In this document: one piece after another, positions 37,510-48,109 of the stretch
Position numbering within the stretch: the stretch's first letter is position 1
Layout: every line of letters starts with the position of its first letter
Assembly (NCBI GenBank): GCA_947577075.1
Contig: CANPTW010000005.1
Location: forward strand, 2,890-66,889
Direction: 5' to 3'
Length of the DNA stretch: 64,000 nt
Origin: an uncultured Oscillibacter sp.
GTDB lineage: Bacteria > Bacillota > Clostridia > Oscillospirales > Oscillospiraceae
Notes under the pieces: model-generated
Seen by the model: the letters and a program-made list of their open reading frames with translations, nothing else
What the model was told of the DNA's origin: nothing
Database searches by the model: none
Program-made: the position numbers and the translations under genes

Positions 37510-37876
37510 GAGCGCCTCCGCTCTGCGGCCGCGGGAAACAAAATATTTTCAGTTTTTTTCAAAAGTATGTGAGAATCCGCTTCCTCGCTGCGTAGTAAAG
37601 AGTGAGGAGCGGATTTTCTATGTCCGGCGGAGAGCGGATGCGGAGCTGCGGCTTCGGCACAGGGGGAGCCGCGGCCCATGGGCGGGCCGCGCCGGATGCA
37701 TGAGGGGAAAAATCCCCGGGGCGGCGCGGGGAAACGGGGGGCGGCCGCCTGGGAAACAGCGGACCATAGGCCGTGAAGGGCAGAGAAGGGGAAGGAACCG
37801 CCCTGACGGCGGTATAAGGCCGGGGAGTAAGAAAAGACGCCGCCCCGTCGGGGCGGCGCCATGGGAAAACCCGATT

Positions 37877-38101
37877 TTAAGGGGCTTGGTCCGGCGGCGG
37901 CGCTTCGTCGATATATTCCACGATATCGGGAAGGCTGCACCGCAGGACTTGACAAAGGGCGTTCAGCGTGTTGGTGGACACGGATTCCCCGGCCTTCAGC
38001 CGCCGGATGGTGGAGCTGCTGATTTCGCCCTTGACCTGAAGCGTGTAGGTGGTGGCGTGCTTTTCTTCCATGGTGGCCCACAGCGGCGCGTAGGAAATCA
38101 T
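37877..38101 (-). CDS. Cro/C1-type HTH regulator
   Basis: MISYAPLW…ISSSTIRRLKAGESVSTNTLNALCQVLRC; RBS GGAGGTG. Confidence 0.88.
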   Translation of the reverse strand: MISYAPLWATMEEKHATTYTLQVKGEISSSTIRRLKAGESVSTNTLNALCQVLRCSLPDIVEYIDEAPPPDQAP

Positions 38102-38117
38102 TTGCTTCACCTCCCCC

Positions 38118-38180
38118 TTGACGTTATCTTCATTATTGCCTATAATGAAGAAAATCGTTATAGGCAATAATGCCTATAAC
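38118..38180 (+). promoter_or_regulatory. sigmaA promoter overlapped by three TGCCTATAA operator half-sites
   Basis: TTGACG-17-TATAAT at 38118-38146; inverted repeat ATTATTGCCTATAA/TTATAGGCAATAAT; palindrome GTTATAGGCA-N4-TGCCTATAAC. Confidence 0.75.
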
Positions 38181-38358
38181 GGAAAGCGGAGGAACCGCCG
38201 CCTGCGCGCGAGGCGATTGCCCGAATCACGGCTGCCGCAGGTCCGGCGGGCGGATTGTCCGCCGGGCCCGCCGGGGCGGCAGCCTCCGTTCAAGGTGACC
38301 CCCTGCGGCAAAGGCGCGGGAGCACATAAATAAAAAAGCTGCAAAAGGAGAACATGTT

Positions 38359-39171
38359 ATGGGAAACTTGGTACCGATTGTCTTATGGGTCGTAATCATC
38401 GGCGCGGTGGTCTACAATGTCTTCGTGAAGAAGGGCAGGAACCGGAAGGCCGCGGAGAGCGGCGAGGACCGGGAGCGCGTCCGCCGGGCCGTGGGGCAGC
38501 TGCCGGAGGAAAACGCCCCGGTGGTCTATGCCCACTGGGAGGAGCGGGAATCCTATGGCCGCAGGGTCCGGATTACATACCACCGCTATGCGCTGGCGTT
38601 CCAGGGGGAAACGCTGTGGGTATTCCCCCTTGGCATCGATAAAAAGACCCGGGAAATACAGGCGGGCAGGCCCGCGGTCCTCACTCCGGAAACCTTGGGC
38701 AAGGTGACCGTCAAGTCCCAGGAGAAGGACGGGGCGGTAAAACGCGTGGAACTCTGGCTGATCGACAAGCAGGGGCACGAAATCCAGCAGCTGCGGGTGG
38801 ACGCGGAAAATCTGCGGAAAAGCCGCTGGTTCCCCGTCAACATCCTGCAGCAGGAGGAGTGCGCTTCCCTGGAGCGCTTTGCCACGGCGCTCAGCCAGCG
38901 GGTCGCCGCCGAAAACCCGGGTGTGGACGACCTGATCAAGGCGGAAAACAATGCGGGCCTGGGCGTTTTTGGCGCGTTCGTCTCCGCCATCGGCGCGGTT
39001 TTCAGCATTTTCATGCCGCCTCTGGGGCTGGCTGTCTGCCTGGTTGGACTGGCGTTGTCTCTTGTGAGCAAGCTGAGGGGGGCCAAGGGCAAGGTGGCCC
39101 CGGTGGTCAGCATCTTGTGCGCGGCGCTGAGCGTGGGCCTGTGCTGGATGTACTGGAAGCTCTTTATTTGA
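38359..39171 (+). CDS. Hypothetical membrane protein
   Basis: One N-terminal TM and three C-terminal TM segments; RBS AAAGGAG. Confidence 0.8.
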   Translation: MGNLVPIVLWVVIIGAVVYNVFVKKGRNRKAAESGEDRERVRRAVGQLPEENAPVVYAHWEERESYGRRVRITYHRYALAFQGETLWVFPLGIDKKTREIQAGRPAVLTPETLGKVTVKSQEKDGAVKRVELWLIDKQGHEIQQLRVDAENLRKSRWFPVNILQQEECASLERFATALSQRVAAENPGVDDLIKAENNAGLGVFGAFVSAIGAVFSIFMPPLGLAVCLVGLALSLVSKLRGAKGKVAPVVSILCAALSVGLCWMYWKLFI

Positions 39172-39356
39172 CGGCCCCCGCGCCTCCGCGCCGGATGAGG
39201 CCGGGACGGCGTTCTTCCTGCGCGCCGTTCCGGTATGAGTGCAGGGGGTGGAGATTTTACGGGAGGTACTTGCGCGCAGGCAATCATTTCTTGTTCCCAG
39301 CCGCAGGATATGGTAAACTGATGCTGAAAGAACCATGCGGGGGGGAGTATCTATAT

Positions 39357-41519
39357 ATGGAACAGAAATGGGAACAGGGCCGCGACGCTCTCGCCATACC
39401 GGGGGCCGTCCTGGGTGCGGCCCTGGGGGCGGACTGCTTGGCGGCGATGGTGCGCTTCGGCGACGTGCCGCTGATCCTCTCCGGGGCGCTGACCGCCCTG
39501 TTCGCCGTCCGGGCCGGGGCGCTGACCGCCGGGCGGATCGGCCGGGCCGGGACGCAGCTGGCCCTGCCCTGGGTGCTTCTCTTTGACTTTCTGGGGCATC
39601 ATCTCTATTTCGCCCTGGAGACCGCCTCCGGCGACCCGGCGGGCGTCTGGCGGGCGTTCCTCAGCCTGGGGGCTCTGCCCGGCTGGTATTGGGCCCGGCT
39701 GGCGGCGCTGCTGGCGGTGTCTCTTTGTGCCTGGGCGCTGCTGTTCCGCCGGGCCGGGCAGGACCGGAAGCGGCTCATCCGGGCCCTCCAGCCTGTCCGG
39801 CTGGAGCAGGACCCGGCCCCGGCGGAGATGGAGTTTTTTCTGCCGGACCCCGGCTGGATTCGGCCCCACCTCCTGGTGCGGAAGTTTTCCCGGGGAATCT
39901 GGCTGGCGCTGCTGTTCCTCTGCCTCTGGATGGGCCGCCTGACGGGCCGGGCGGACCTCTGGGACCGGGCCGCCATGGGCATGGGGTTCAGCCTGCTGAT
40001 CATCGGTTCCCTCCAGGGGCCCCCGGCACGGCTCTGCGCCGGGGCGCATTGGCTCTATGTCCGGCAGGAAAACCGGCTCTGGCGGGTCCCCCTGAACCAG
40101 ATTCTGGACCCGGAGCTTCGGGTTTCCCTGGCCTGGCTGGCCGGGGTGTGGGACCTGCTGCCCCAGGCCCGGCGGACGGCCTTCTGGTCCACGGTGGCGG
40201 CGGTGATCGCCGAGGGAGAGCTGGAGACTTGCGAAATCAAGAAGCCCACGCTGATCCGGCAGTCCCCCTGGGAGTGGGCGGTGTCCGACAGCCGGGGCGG
40301 CCAGCACATGATCCCCAAGGTCTATCCCGGTTTCACCCCCATCCCCGGAGAGGCGGAGCGGGCCCAGTCTGCCCCGCCCATCCGGTGGCTCAATCCCGCT
40401 GTCACGGTGGCTGTCACCGCCGTGTGTTTGGCAACGGGGCTGTTCATGGGCGTTCAGGAACAGCGCCGCCCTGATGTCCCGCCGCCGAGGCTGCCGGTGG
40501 AAGCGCCTGAGAAGACAGGCCCCGCCTCCACGGAGCCGGTTGTCCCGGAGGTCATTGGAGACTACCTATTGAACGGCCTGACCCTGCGGACCGACAACGC
40601 CTTCCGGGCCAGCACCAGCGGGTTCGACGACCCGGAGCATGGTGTGTTCTATCAGATCGAACTGCGCTTCGGCGTGGGAGAGGACGCCGCCCGGCTGGCC
40701 CTGGCGGAAACGGAGGGGGAGGACGTCCGCTGGCTGCGGCCGGAGGGGGACGCCTTCCTCTGGCGGCTGGGAGAGAACGGCGTGGCCTATCAGTACAACC
40801 TGCGGACGGTCCGCCTTTTGGACGGGCGGCTCTCCCATACCGGCGCGGCCCTCTCGGAGCGGGGGACCATGCTGATTCTCTCTTGTACGCATGGGGAGGA
40901 GATCGGGGAGGAGACGGTCCGGGGGACCATGCTCTACATGCTGGAAAACCTCCAGTTCACCGGCCCGGCCATTACGGAGGAAAACTTCCAGGATCAGCTC
41001 CACCCGGCGGTGAGCATGGGGTTCAGCCACTGCGGCCAGGCGTTTTTCAAGGCCCCGGAGGGCCTGTTCCCCTACGACGCTTACCTGGATACCTTCCTGC
41101 CCTGCGGCGGAGAGGTACAGTATTTTGACGGCGGCATCTCCATGATGACCAAGGTTCACGGCCTCCGGGTGTCCGCCGCGATTGTCGCGAACGAGGGGAC
41201 CGCCCTGGACGTGGTGCGGGAGGTCTACGAGGACCTGAAAGCCGCCGGGCGGCAGTACGACGAGGGGAACTACCTGGAGGACGCCTATAATGAAGAGGGC
41301 AACAACGCCTGCCGGGTGGCCGTCTACTACGACGGAGGCCGGACCCGCGTCACGGCGCTGGTGGCCATGGAGAAGTGGAAGGGCTGCTACCTCTACAAGG
41401 AGCTGACCTGCCTCCCCGAGGAGATGGACGGGGAGTACAAGGCGGTCTTCCAGGAGATGGAGAAGGTCTGCGGCATTACGGTGTCCGTCATGGAGGACCT
41501 GGGCCGCCAGCGGAACTAG
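39357..41519 (+). CDS. Large multi-TM hypothetical protein, paralog of the next gene
   Basis: GAVLGAALGA N-terminus; shares IPKxYPxF, LxFxGPxxTEEN and HGLRVxA motifs with 41531. Confidence 0.8.
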   Translation: MEQKWEQGRDALAIPGAVLGAALGADCLAAMVRFGDVPLILSGALTALFAVRAGALTAGRIGRAGTQLALPWVLLFDFLGHHLYFALETASGDPAGVWRAFLSLGALPGWYWARLAALLAVSLCAWALLFRRAGQDRKRLIRALQPVRLEQDPAPAEMEFFLPDPGWIRPHLLVRKFSRGIWLALLFLCLWMGRLTGRADLWDRAAMGMGFSLLIIGSLQGPPARLCAGAHWLYVRQENRLWRVPLNQILDPELRVSLAWLAGVWDLLPQARRTAFWSTVAAVIAEGELETCEIKKPTLIRQSPWEWAVSDSRGGQHMIPKVYPGFTPIPGEAERAQSAPPIRWLNPAVTVAVTAVCLATGLFMGVQEQRRPDVPPPRLPVEAPEKTGPASTEPVVPEVIGDYLLNGLTLRTDNAFRASTSGFDDPEHGVFYQIELRFGVGEDAARLALAETEGEDVRWLRPEGDAFLWRLGENGVAYQYNLRTVRLLDGRLSHTGAALSERGTMLILSCTHGEEIGEETVRGTMLYMLENLQFTGPAITEENFQDQLHPAVSMGFSHCGQAFFKAPEGLFPYDAYLDTFLPCGGEVQYFDGGISMMTKVHGLRVSAAIVANEGTALDVVREVYEDLKAAGRQYDEGNYLEDAYNEEGNNACRVAVYYDGGRTRVTALVAMEKWKGCYLYKELTCLPEEMDGEYKAVFQEMEKVCGITVSVMEDLGRQRN

Positions 41520-41530
41520 GAGGCGGAGAG

Positions 41531-43771
41531 ATGAACCCAGAGAAAAAAGCGCAAAAGGAGCGGATTGGCCGGGGCATTCTGGGGGCGCTGCTGGGGGCGT
41601 TGCTGGGCGGCGCGGTGATCGTGTTTGAGGACCGGACGGCCGGGACCTTCTCCCCGATCTTCGGCGTGGCGGCGGCCATTGCCGTCTTCCAGGGCTACCG
41701 GCAGCTGGCCGGAGGGCTGAGCAAGCGGGGGGCGGCAATCTGCGTGATCATCCTGATGGCGGTAATTGCCGGGGCCAACCAGATCAACTGCACGATGGAG
41801 GTCATTGAGACAGTGGATGCCCTCCAGGGACGTGATTTCGTGGAGGTCTTCGGGAGCTTTGAAGAGATCCCGGAGGTCCGGGAGATTCAGTCCTGGTATC
41901 AGGGGCATCTGCTGGTATTGTATCTGTTCTGCCTGCTGGGCAGTCTCCCGATTCTGGTGCGGGCTTTCCGGGAGCCCAGGGCCCGGACAAAGGCGGAGCT
42001 GGACGAGATTCTTCTGGGGAAGGAGCAAGAGAAAGACCCGGAGCAAGAACAGGAGAAGCCGGAGCTCCAGGGGACCCTGTATCTCTTCCGAAAAGCGTGG
42101 ATGAAGCCCGTGCGCATCAGCGCCGGCGGGGCCGCTGTGGCGCTCCTGGTGGCGCTGGTCGCCTTGATGATGCTGATGCCGAGGCTGGAGGAGCGGTTTC
42201 AGATCCGCTTGGCGTTTGGAATGACCGCGGGCATTTTCCTCAGCTTCCTTCCTCTGTTATGGATTTCTCTGACCATCACCCGGTACTGCAACGTCTTCCA
42301 GATTCTCTATGTCCGGGCGGCGGGGCGGCTCTGGCGGGTGAACCTGATGAAGCTCTGCCGTGTGGGGGACTGGGAGACCCTGCCCCCGGCGCGGCAGGCG
42401 GTGGTCCGGGACGACATTCTCTGGGAGCTGGAGAACATCTTAAACGGCGATCGCTCCGCCTGTGATTCCGGGGCCGTCACCGAGCTGCGGGACATCCAGG
42501 CGGAGAGGGAGGACCGCTGGAGCTGGACCGTTTCCTACGAAACGGACTCCGGCAGCCGGAAGAAGCTGAAAATCCCCAAGGGATACCCGGACTTCGTGCC
42601 CGTCATGGGGATGGAGAGGGCGGAGGGGCCCGCGCCCTATCGCTGGCTTCCGGGTCTGGCGGCGCTGGTCTTGACGGTGGTGTTCCTGGGCGGGGGCTTT
42701 GCCGTTGACAGCCGGCGGGCATCCCAAAACGAGGGGGATGCCCCCGCGCAGGACAGCCGCGACCTCCCGGAGGAACCGGCCCTCCCGGACATCCCCGTCC
42801 GGGTTCCGGAGACGTATACGGAATTTGTGCTTTCGGAAATCCGCTTCCGGGTGGACGGAGAGTTTCAGTACAGCCGCCGCCGCTTTCTGGACGGAAAAAC
42901 GGGAACCTCCTACCGGGTCTATACCCAGTACGGCGTGGACGCGGCGGACGCCTGGGATACCCTGACCGCCCAGGCAGACGATCCGCTCTATGACCGCCTT
43001 CAGGCGGTGTACTCCGGCGAGGACCTGCTGGCCCCGCTGGGGGAAACGTCCAGATATAACATCGTGTCCGTGTACCGGACGGACGGGACCATCCGCCACA
43101 CCGCCGCCGCCCTCTCCGATACCGGGGCCCTCTTTACCCTGGAGGCGGAGCATACCCAGGGGGGCCAGTCCCCGGAGGAGGTCCTGGCGAACCTGATGTA
43201 TACCCTGGAAAGCGTCCGGTTCGAGGGGCCGGAGGTGACGGAGGAGAACTATCAAACGAAGATACACCTGTCGGAGACGCGGAACTGCGCCTATATGGCA
43301 ACAGCCTACATCAAGACGGACCACTTCGGGCACGAGGCCCTTGTGGACGTTTACGTCCCCTACAGCGACGCGCCCATCTACGCCTCCGAGGGCCGGGCCA
43401 TCCGCACGGAGGCCCACGGGCTCCGGGTCTACGCCTCCATCTTCCCGGGGGAGAACGCCAAAGAGGTCGTAGAGGCCCGGCAGCGGGTCCTGGCCTCCAC
43501 GGGACAGGTCCACGAGGACGGCGTGGACGATCAAAGCTACCGGGAGGACCTGGACGCTGCCTGTATGCTGACGGTCTATGAGGAGAACGGCCGGAAGCGG
43601 AATGCCGTGCTCTATGCCGAGAGCATGTGGGAGGGGTATTATCTTCTCCGGGAGATCACCGGACTGCCGGAGCAGATAGACGGGGAATACCTGCCGCTTT
43701 TGAAGGAGCTGGAGGGCATCTTCGGCCTGACCATGCCGGTGCTGGAGCAGCTGGGGGATGCGGAGACTTGA
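41531..43771 (+). CDS. Large multi-TM hypothetical protein, paralog of the previous gene
   Basis: GILGALLGALLGG N-terminus and the same domain order; RBS GGAGG. Confidence 0.82.
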   Translation: MNPEKKAQKERIGRGILGALLGALLGGAVIVFEDRTAGTFSPIFGVAAAIAVFQGYRQLAGGLSKRGAAICVIILMAVIAGANQINCTMEVIETVDALQGRDFVEVFGSFEEIPEVREIQSWYQGHLLVLYLFCLLGSLPILVRAFREPRARTKAELDEILLGKEQEKDPEQEQEKPELQGTLYLFRKAWMKPVRISAGGAAVALLVALVALMMLMPRLEERFQIRLAFGMTAGIFLSFLPLLWISLTITRYCNVFQILYVRAAGRLWRVNLMKLCRVGDWETLPPARQAVVRDDILWELENILNGDRSACDSGAVTELRDIQAEREDRWSWTVSYETDSGSRKKLKIPKGYPDFVPVMGMERAEGPAPYRWLPGLAALVLTVVFLGGGFAVDSRRASQNEGDAPAQDSRDLPEEPALPDIPVRVPETYTEFVLSEIRFRVDGEFQYSRRRFLDGKTGTSYRVYTQYGVDAADAWDTLTAQADDPLYDRLQAVYSGEDLLAPLGETSRYNIVSVYRTDGTIRHTAAALSDTGALFTLEAEHTQGGQSPEEVLANLMYTLESVRFEGPEVTEENYQTKIHLSETRNCAYMATAYIKTDHFGHEALVDVYVPYSDAPIYASEGRAIRTEAHGLRVYASIFPGENAKEVVEARQRVLASTGQVHEDGVDDQSYREDLDAACMLTVYEENGRKRNAVLYAESMWEGYYLLREITGLPEQIDGEYLPLLKELEGIFGLTMPVLEQLGDAET

Positions 43772-43789
43772 AACGGACAGAGGTGGACC

Positions 43790-44794
43790 ATGAAGAAAAC
43801 TAAAAACAGGAAGCGGCTGCATCTGGCGGCGCTGATCCTGGGGGTGTATGCCGTATTTCTCGGTTTCGGCCTGGTGCTGGCGGGCCTTGAGGACCTGCGG
43901 GGGGCCGCCGGCCCCATCCGCCTGGCGCTGGGGGCGGGGATGATGGCCTTCGGCCTCTTTGGAGTCTGGGACGGCCTGCGGGACAAACTCCGCCCCCGGG
44001 AAAAGCCCGTGCAGACATCCCCGACACAGTACGTCCTGGCGGACGACGCCGGGAACCGCACCTCCAATGTCACGGCGGAGCGGATTCGGGAGGAGCTGGG
44101 AAAGCTGCGGGAGGGGGACGGCCTCCACCTCCAGCTCCTGACGCCCCTGGAGATTCCGGAGTGGGGGGAGCTGCAGCAGATCTCCTGCAGGGTCCGGCCA
44201 ACGCTCACGCTGCTGGCCTTCTTCCGGACGGCGGAGGGCGGCTGGCGGCTCCGCGCCAGGGCGATGGATTTTGAGGCGGCGGCCGGGTGGTTCCGGCGCC
44301 TGCTGGAGGAATCCTTAGACTCCTCCGGCTGGAACGACGGCTGGGAGACGCTGGAGGGGATTCCGGGCGATCCCCGGGACGCCGGGGATCCGGAAAAGCA
44401 GGAATTCAAAACCCGGGTCCTGCGAAACCGGGCGGGGAACCTCACCGCGTGGCACCAGAAACTGGTCATTGTCGGGGAGGCATGGCGCAACGAGCACAGG
44501 TTTTTTACCGCTCGTGATGTGGAGCTGGCGGCCCAGGGGGTCTATGAGGGGAAGTATCAGTACGCCGCTTTGGAGTGGGGTTCTTCCTCCTTTGATCTTC
44601 TCCCGGATCGGGAGGAACAGCTTCAGGTGATCTGGTGCACCAATATCCGGGATGAAAACGCCCGCAGGTATTTCAGGAAGACGGGCACCGCCGCCCAGGC
44701 GGCGTTTTGGCTGCTCCAATATCTAAACGAGGGACAGATGGACGAATATTGGGAGGACGTCACCGCCTTGGCGGGCAGGAAAGGAAGGGGCTGA
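43790..44794 (+). CDS. Hypothetical protein with two N-terminal TM segments
   Basis: 334-aa ORF in operon, RBS GAGG. Confidence 0.75.
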   Translation: MKKTKNRKRLHLAALILGVYAVFLGFGLVLAGLEDLRGAAGPIRLALGAGMMAFGLFGVWDGLRDKLRPREKPVQTSPTQYVLADDAGNRTSNVTAERIREELGKLREGDGLHLQLLTPLEIPEWGELQQISCRVRPTLTLLAFFRTAEGGWRLRARAMDFEAAAGWFRRLLEESLDSSGWNDGWETLEGIPGDPRDAGDPEKQEFKTRVLRNRAGNLTAWHQKLVIVGEAWRNEHRFFTARDVELAAQGVYEGKYQYAALEWGSSSFDLLPDREEQLQVIWCTNIRDENARRYFRKTGTAAQAAFWLLQYLNEGQMDEYWEDVTALAGRKGRG

Positions 44795-44795
44795 C

Positions 44796-46046
44796 ATGGG
44801 GAAATATTTCAGCGACGTGGTGGACAAGGCCATCGAAGACCTGTATTACTGCTGTGACAACGACCGGGCCAAGGCCGCGGCGGAGGCGCTGTTCCAGGCG
44901 GCCAAGGAGGGGGATGGGGACGCCTGCTACTTCCTCTCCCGGTGCTTCTCCGGCTCCTGCTACAGCTGGGAGTACCATCCCTTTGAGGAAAACGAGGCGG
45001 CGGCCTATGCCATGCTGCGGGAGTCTGTCGCCAAGGGCAGCGCCGTGGGAGTGCTGGGGGCCATCCGCATGGATATGCTGACGCCGGATATGCGGGAGAG
45101 TATGCCCTTCGAGAGTACCCAGGCCGCCTGGGGTGTGGTCCATGAAAAGGCGGAGGCCGGGTGTCCGTTCTGCCAGTACATGATTGGGAACACCTACTAC
45201 TTCCTGGACGTCATCGAGATTGGGGATCGGTCGGAGCGGGAGTTCGGGAGCCGGAAAGCGTGGGACGATTGGCGGCGGGAGCAGATGCAGGCAAGTCTTC
45301 CCTGGTTTGAAAAGGCGTTTTCCGGCGGCATGATTCTGACGGGGCGGAATTACTGCCACTATTATCAGCATGGCCGGGGAGATTTGATTCCGCCGGAACC
45401 GGAGAAGGCTGTGCCGATTATGCGCCGGGGCGCGGAGCTGGGCTATCCGGAGTGGATGTACGCCTACGCCAACCACCTGTATTACACGGAGAAAAATGAT
45501 GAAGAAGCCCTCCCCTGGGCGCGGAAAGCGGCGGAGGCCGGACACCTCTGGGGCTGGCACATTGTGGGGGATATCTATTGGGGCGGCAAGGCGGTTGCGC
45601 GGAATCTTCCGTATAGCGTCGAGTGCTATGAAAAAACCGCCGGCTATGGCAACGATGGCTACGCCTGCCGGCAGCTGGGGCGGATCTATTTCCACGGCTA
45701 TCATGGGGTGCCCGTGGACTATGCCAAGGCGGTCCAGTGGATAGAAAGGGACGACGAGCCGGACTATGCCAGGTACGATCTGCTGGGGATCTGCTATCTG
45801 CTGGGATACGGCTGCCGGCAGGACCCGGCACGGGGCAAGGCGCTTCTGGAGAGAAGCGAGGATTCGCCCTATAAGAACTACGGCCTGGGGATGATGTACG
45901 CCGAGGGCCTGGGCGTCCGGGAGGACATTGAGCAGGGCGTGGCCTATCTGAAGAGAGCGGCCTGGGCGGACTACGAACCGGCGAAGGAGGCGCTGACGCA
46001 CTATAAAAAGAGCTGGTTTGGCGTCTGGCGGCGGAAGGAACCGTAA
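44796..46046 (+). CDS. Sel1-like repeat protein
   Basis: Repeats LGRIYFHG…DYAKAVQW and LGMMYAEGLGV. Confidence 0.88.
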   Translation: MGKYFSDVVDKAIEDLYYCCDNDRAKAAAEALFQAAKEGDGDACYFLSRCFSGSCYSWEYHPFEENEAAAYAMLRESVAKGSAVGVLGAIRMDMLTPDMRESMPFESTQAAWGVVHEKAEAGCPFCQYMIGNTYYFLDVIEIGDRSEREFGSRKAWDDWRREQMQASLPWFEKAFSGGMILTGRNYCHYYQHGRGDLIPPEPEKAVPIMRRGAELGYPEWMYAYANHLYYTEKNDEEALPWARKAAEAGHLWGWHIVGDIYWGGKAVARNLPYSVECYEKTAGYGNDGYACRQLGRIYFHGYHGVPVDYAKAVQWIERDDEPDYARYDLLGICYLLGYGCRQDPARGKALLERSEDSPYKNYGLGMMYAEGLGVREDIEQGVAYLKRAAWADYEPAKEALTHYKKSWFGVWRRKEP

Positions 46047-46104
46047 GCGGCGGGGCGGTTTCCCTGCTTCCATTGCCCGCCGGCCTACCTTCCGCTGTAA
46101 GCTC

Positions 46105-46264
46105 GGCCTTGTTTGAAACATGTTAAAACGCCCAAGCGGCGGATCTGTTCCGCCACTGTGCGTCACATGTTCTTGCCGGGCGGCAGCCCGTCTGCGAACA
46201 TCTGCCTTGAACGGCGGAAAAATCTCTCGCCGTTGGGCATTCCGCCAATGTTCAAACAAGACCT
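46105..46264. repeat. MITE-like element (30008 family)
   Basis: GGCCTTGTTTGAA…TTCAAACAAGACC, with shared core TTCTTGCCGGGCGGC…ATCTGCCTTGA. Confidence 0.75.
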
Positions 46265-46277
46265 GACTATAAGCAGT

Positions 46278-46324
46278 GAAAGCGCCCGCTTTGGAGTTTG
46301 TCCATAAGCGGGCGCTTTCTTTTT
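46278..46324 (+). terminator. Intrinsic terminator
   Basis: GAAAGCGCCCGCTT/AAGCGGGCGCTTTC followed by a T-run. Confidence 0.75.
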
Positions 46325-46513
46325 GCTATAAAACAGATGGGGCCGGATTCAGGCCGGCTGATACCCGAAAAGAGTACGGGTACGCTCAGGGTCTTGCGCC
46401 GAAATTTATTGCCCATCCTGTTGTGACCACGCGGAGTGGGATTTTGCAGAATCCGCCTCCCGGAGCGGCCGTGAAAAAGCTCCCCTGCAGCGCACTTCCG
46501 GGGCGTCGGACAA

Positions 46514-48109
46514 TCAGCTCTGCCGGAACTCCCGGGCGGACATGCCGACGCATTTTTTGAACAGCTTGCTGAAGTAATTTTGGTCCGTATAGCCGACGCT
46601 GTAGGCGATGTCGCTGGTCCGCAGATGGGTGGCCCTGAGCAGCTCCTTGGCCTTGTTGATGCGCAGGGAGGTCAGGTATTCGATGAAGCACTGCCCGGTT
46701 TCCTGCTTAAAGAGCTTGCTGAAATAGGCGCTGTTGATGCTGACATGCCCGGCGACGGCGGACAGGTCCAGGGTTGGCTCGGTATAGTGCTCCAGGATGA
46801 AGCTCCGGGCATTTTGGATGATGTCATCGTTTTTCCCGCCCCGGCTCTGGTCCCGGAGCCGGATCGCCTGGGCCGCCACGCTTTCCAGCGCCGTCCGGAA
46901 GCCGGAGAGGTCGTGGCCGCAGTTGAACAGCTGGTTCAGGTCCGGCATGGAGAGCTGAACGCTCTTGCCGCCGTCCAGGGACCGGATGAAGTCCGACACG
47001 GCGGTCAGTATGTCCAGGCAGACGTAGGTCAGGTACAGGCGGCTCATCTGCGTGCCCTCCAGCCGCCCCACCATGGCGCCGATGAACTCCGACACATCCT
47101 TCCGGCTTCCTGTGGCCAGCAGGCTGCGGAAAAGGTCCTTTTCCACGGCGGTGTAATGGTCGTTTTGCAGCAGCGATTTGCAGTCGGAGACCAGGGAAAC
47201 ACCGCCGCACCGGGGCTGGGGGAGCAGACCGGCGGCAATCTGGGCGGAGAGCATGGACCCGGAGAGGTCGCAGAGGTCCCCGCAGGGCGTCCCGATCACG
47301 GCGGAGAGCTGGGTCAGTTTCAGCCGGAGCTTCAGGGTTTCCTGGAGCTCCGTCAGGTAAGCCCGGGCCTTTTCCAGCACCTGGGACTCGGAGTCCCCCA
47401 GCACGATAAAGTGGAACTGGCTGATGTCGTTGGAATACCAGACGCAGTCGGGGTGTTCGCTTTCAAAGAGGCGCATGGCCTGGGAGCAGTCGACAAACGT
47501 GAGGTAGGCCTCGCCGTCCGCCTCCGCCCGGCGGAGCTCGCAGACAGTAAGAAGGCAGCAGACGTACCACCGGGCCGACAGCTCCAGCTGGAGGGCCTGG
47601 GCCTTTTTGCGGATCACGTCCCTGGGGAGGAGGCCGCTGCACAGCTGAGAGAGGAACTTGTGCCGGTTGGTTTCCAGGGACTCGCTGGCCAGCTGTTCCA
47701 GCCGGGACACCGACTGACGCTGCCGCCGCTCCTTGTCGATGAGCTCCGCCGCCCGTGCCAGGGTGTTCAGCAGGTCCTCCGGCTTCAGGGGCTTGAGCAG
47801 ATAGTCGGTGACCCCCAGGGTCAGGGCCTGCTTGGCATAGGCGAAGTCGTCATATCCGCTGAGAATGATCACTTTGATCTCCGGCCGGTTGGCGCAGACC
47901 AGGCGGGAGAGCTCCAGCCCGTCCATGAAGGGCATTTTGATATCCGTGATCAGGATGTCTACGGGAGCGGCCTGGATATCCTCCCAGGCGTCCTCGCCGT
48001 TGGAGGCGTCCCCGCAGAGGACATAGGGGCCGTCTTCCCACATCCGGTTGGATTTCACATATTCCCGGAGCATGTATTCGTCTTCGGCCAGGTAAACATT
48101 ATACTTCAT
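46514..48109 (-). CDS. YesN-like response regulator (REC plus AraC HTH)
   Basis: ITDIKMPFMDG, YFSKLFKQETG and VGYTDQNYFSKLFKK. Confidence 0.93.
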   Translation of the reverse strand: MKYNVYLAEDEYMLREYVKSNRMWEDGPYVLCGDASNGEDAWEDIQAAPVDILITDIKMPFMDGLELSRLVCANRPEIKVIILSGYDDFAYAKQALTLGVTDYLLKPLKPEDLLNTLARAAELIDKERRQRQSVSRLEQLASESLETNRHKFLSQLCSGLLPRDVIRKKAQALQLELSARWYVCCLLTVCELRRAEADGEAYLTFVDCSQAMRLFESEHPDCVWYSNDISQFHFIVLGDSESQVLEKARAYLTELQETLKLRLKLTQLSAVIGTPCGDLCDLSGSMLSAQIAAGLLPQPRCGGVSLVSDCKSLLQNDHYTAVEKDLFRSLLATGSRKDVSEFIGAMVGRLEGTQMSRLYLTYVCLDILTAVSDFIRSLDGGKSVQLSMPDLNQLFNCGHDLSGFRTALESVAAQAIRLRDQSRGGKNDDIIQNARSFILEHYTEPTLDLSAVAGHVSINSAYFSKLFKQETGQCFIEYLTSLRINKAKELLRATHLRTSDIAYSVGYTDQNYFSKLFKKCVGMSAREFRQS

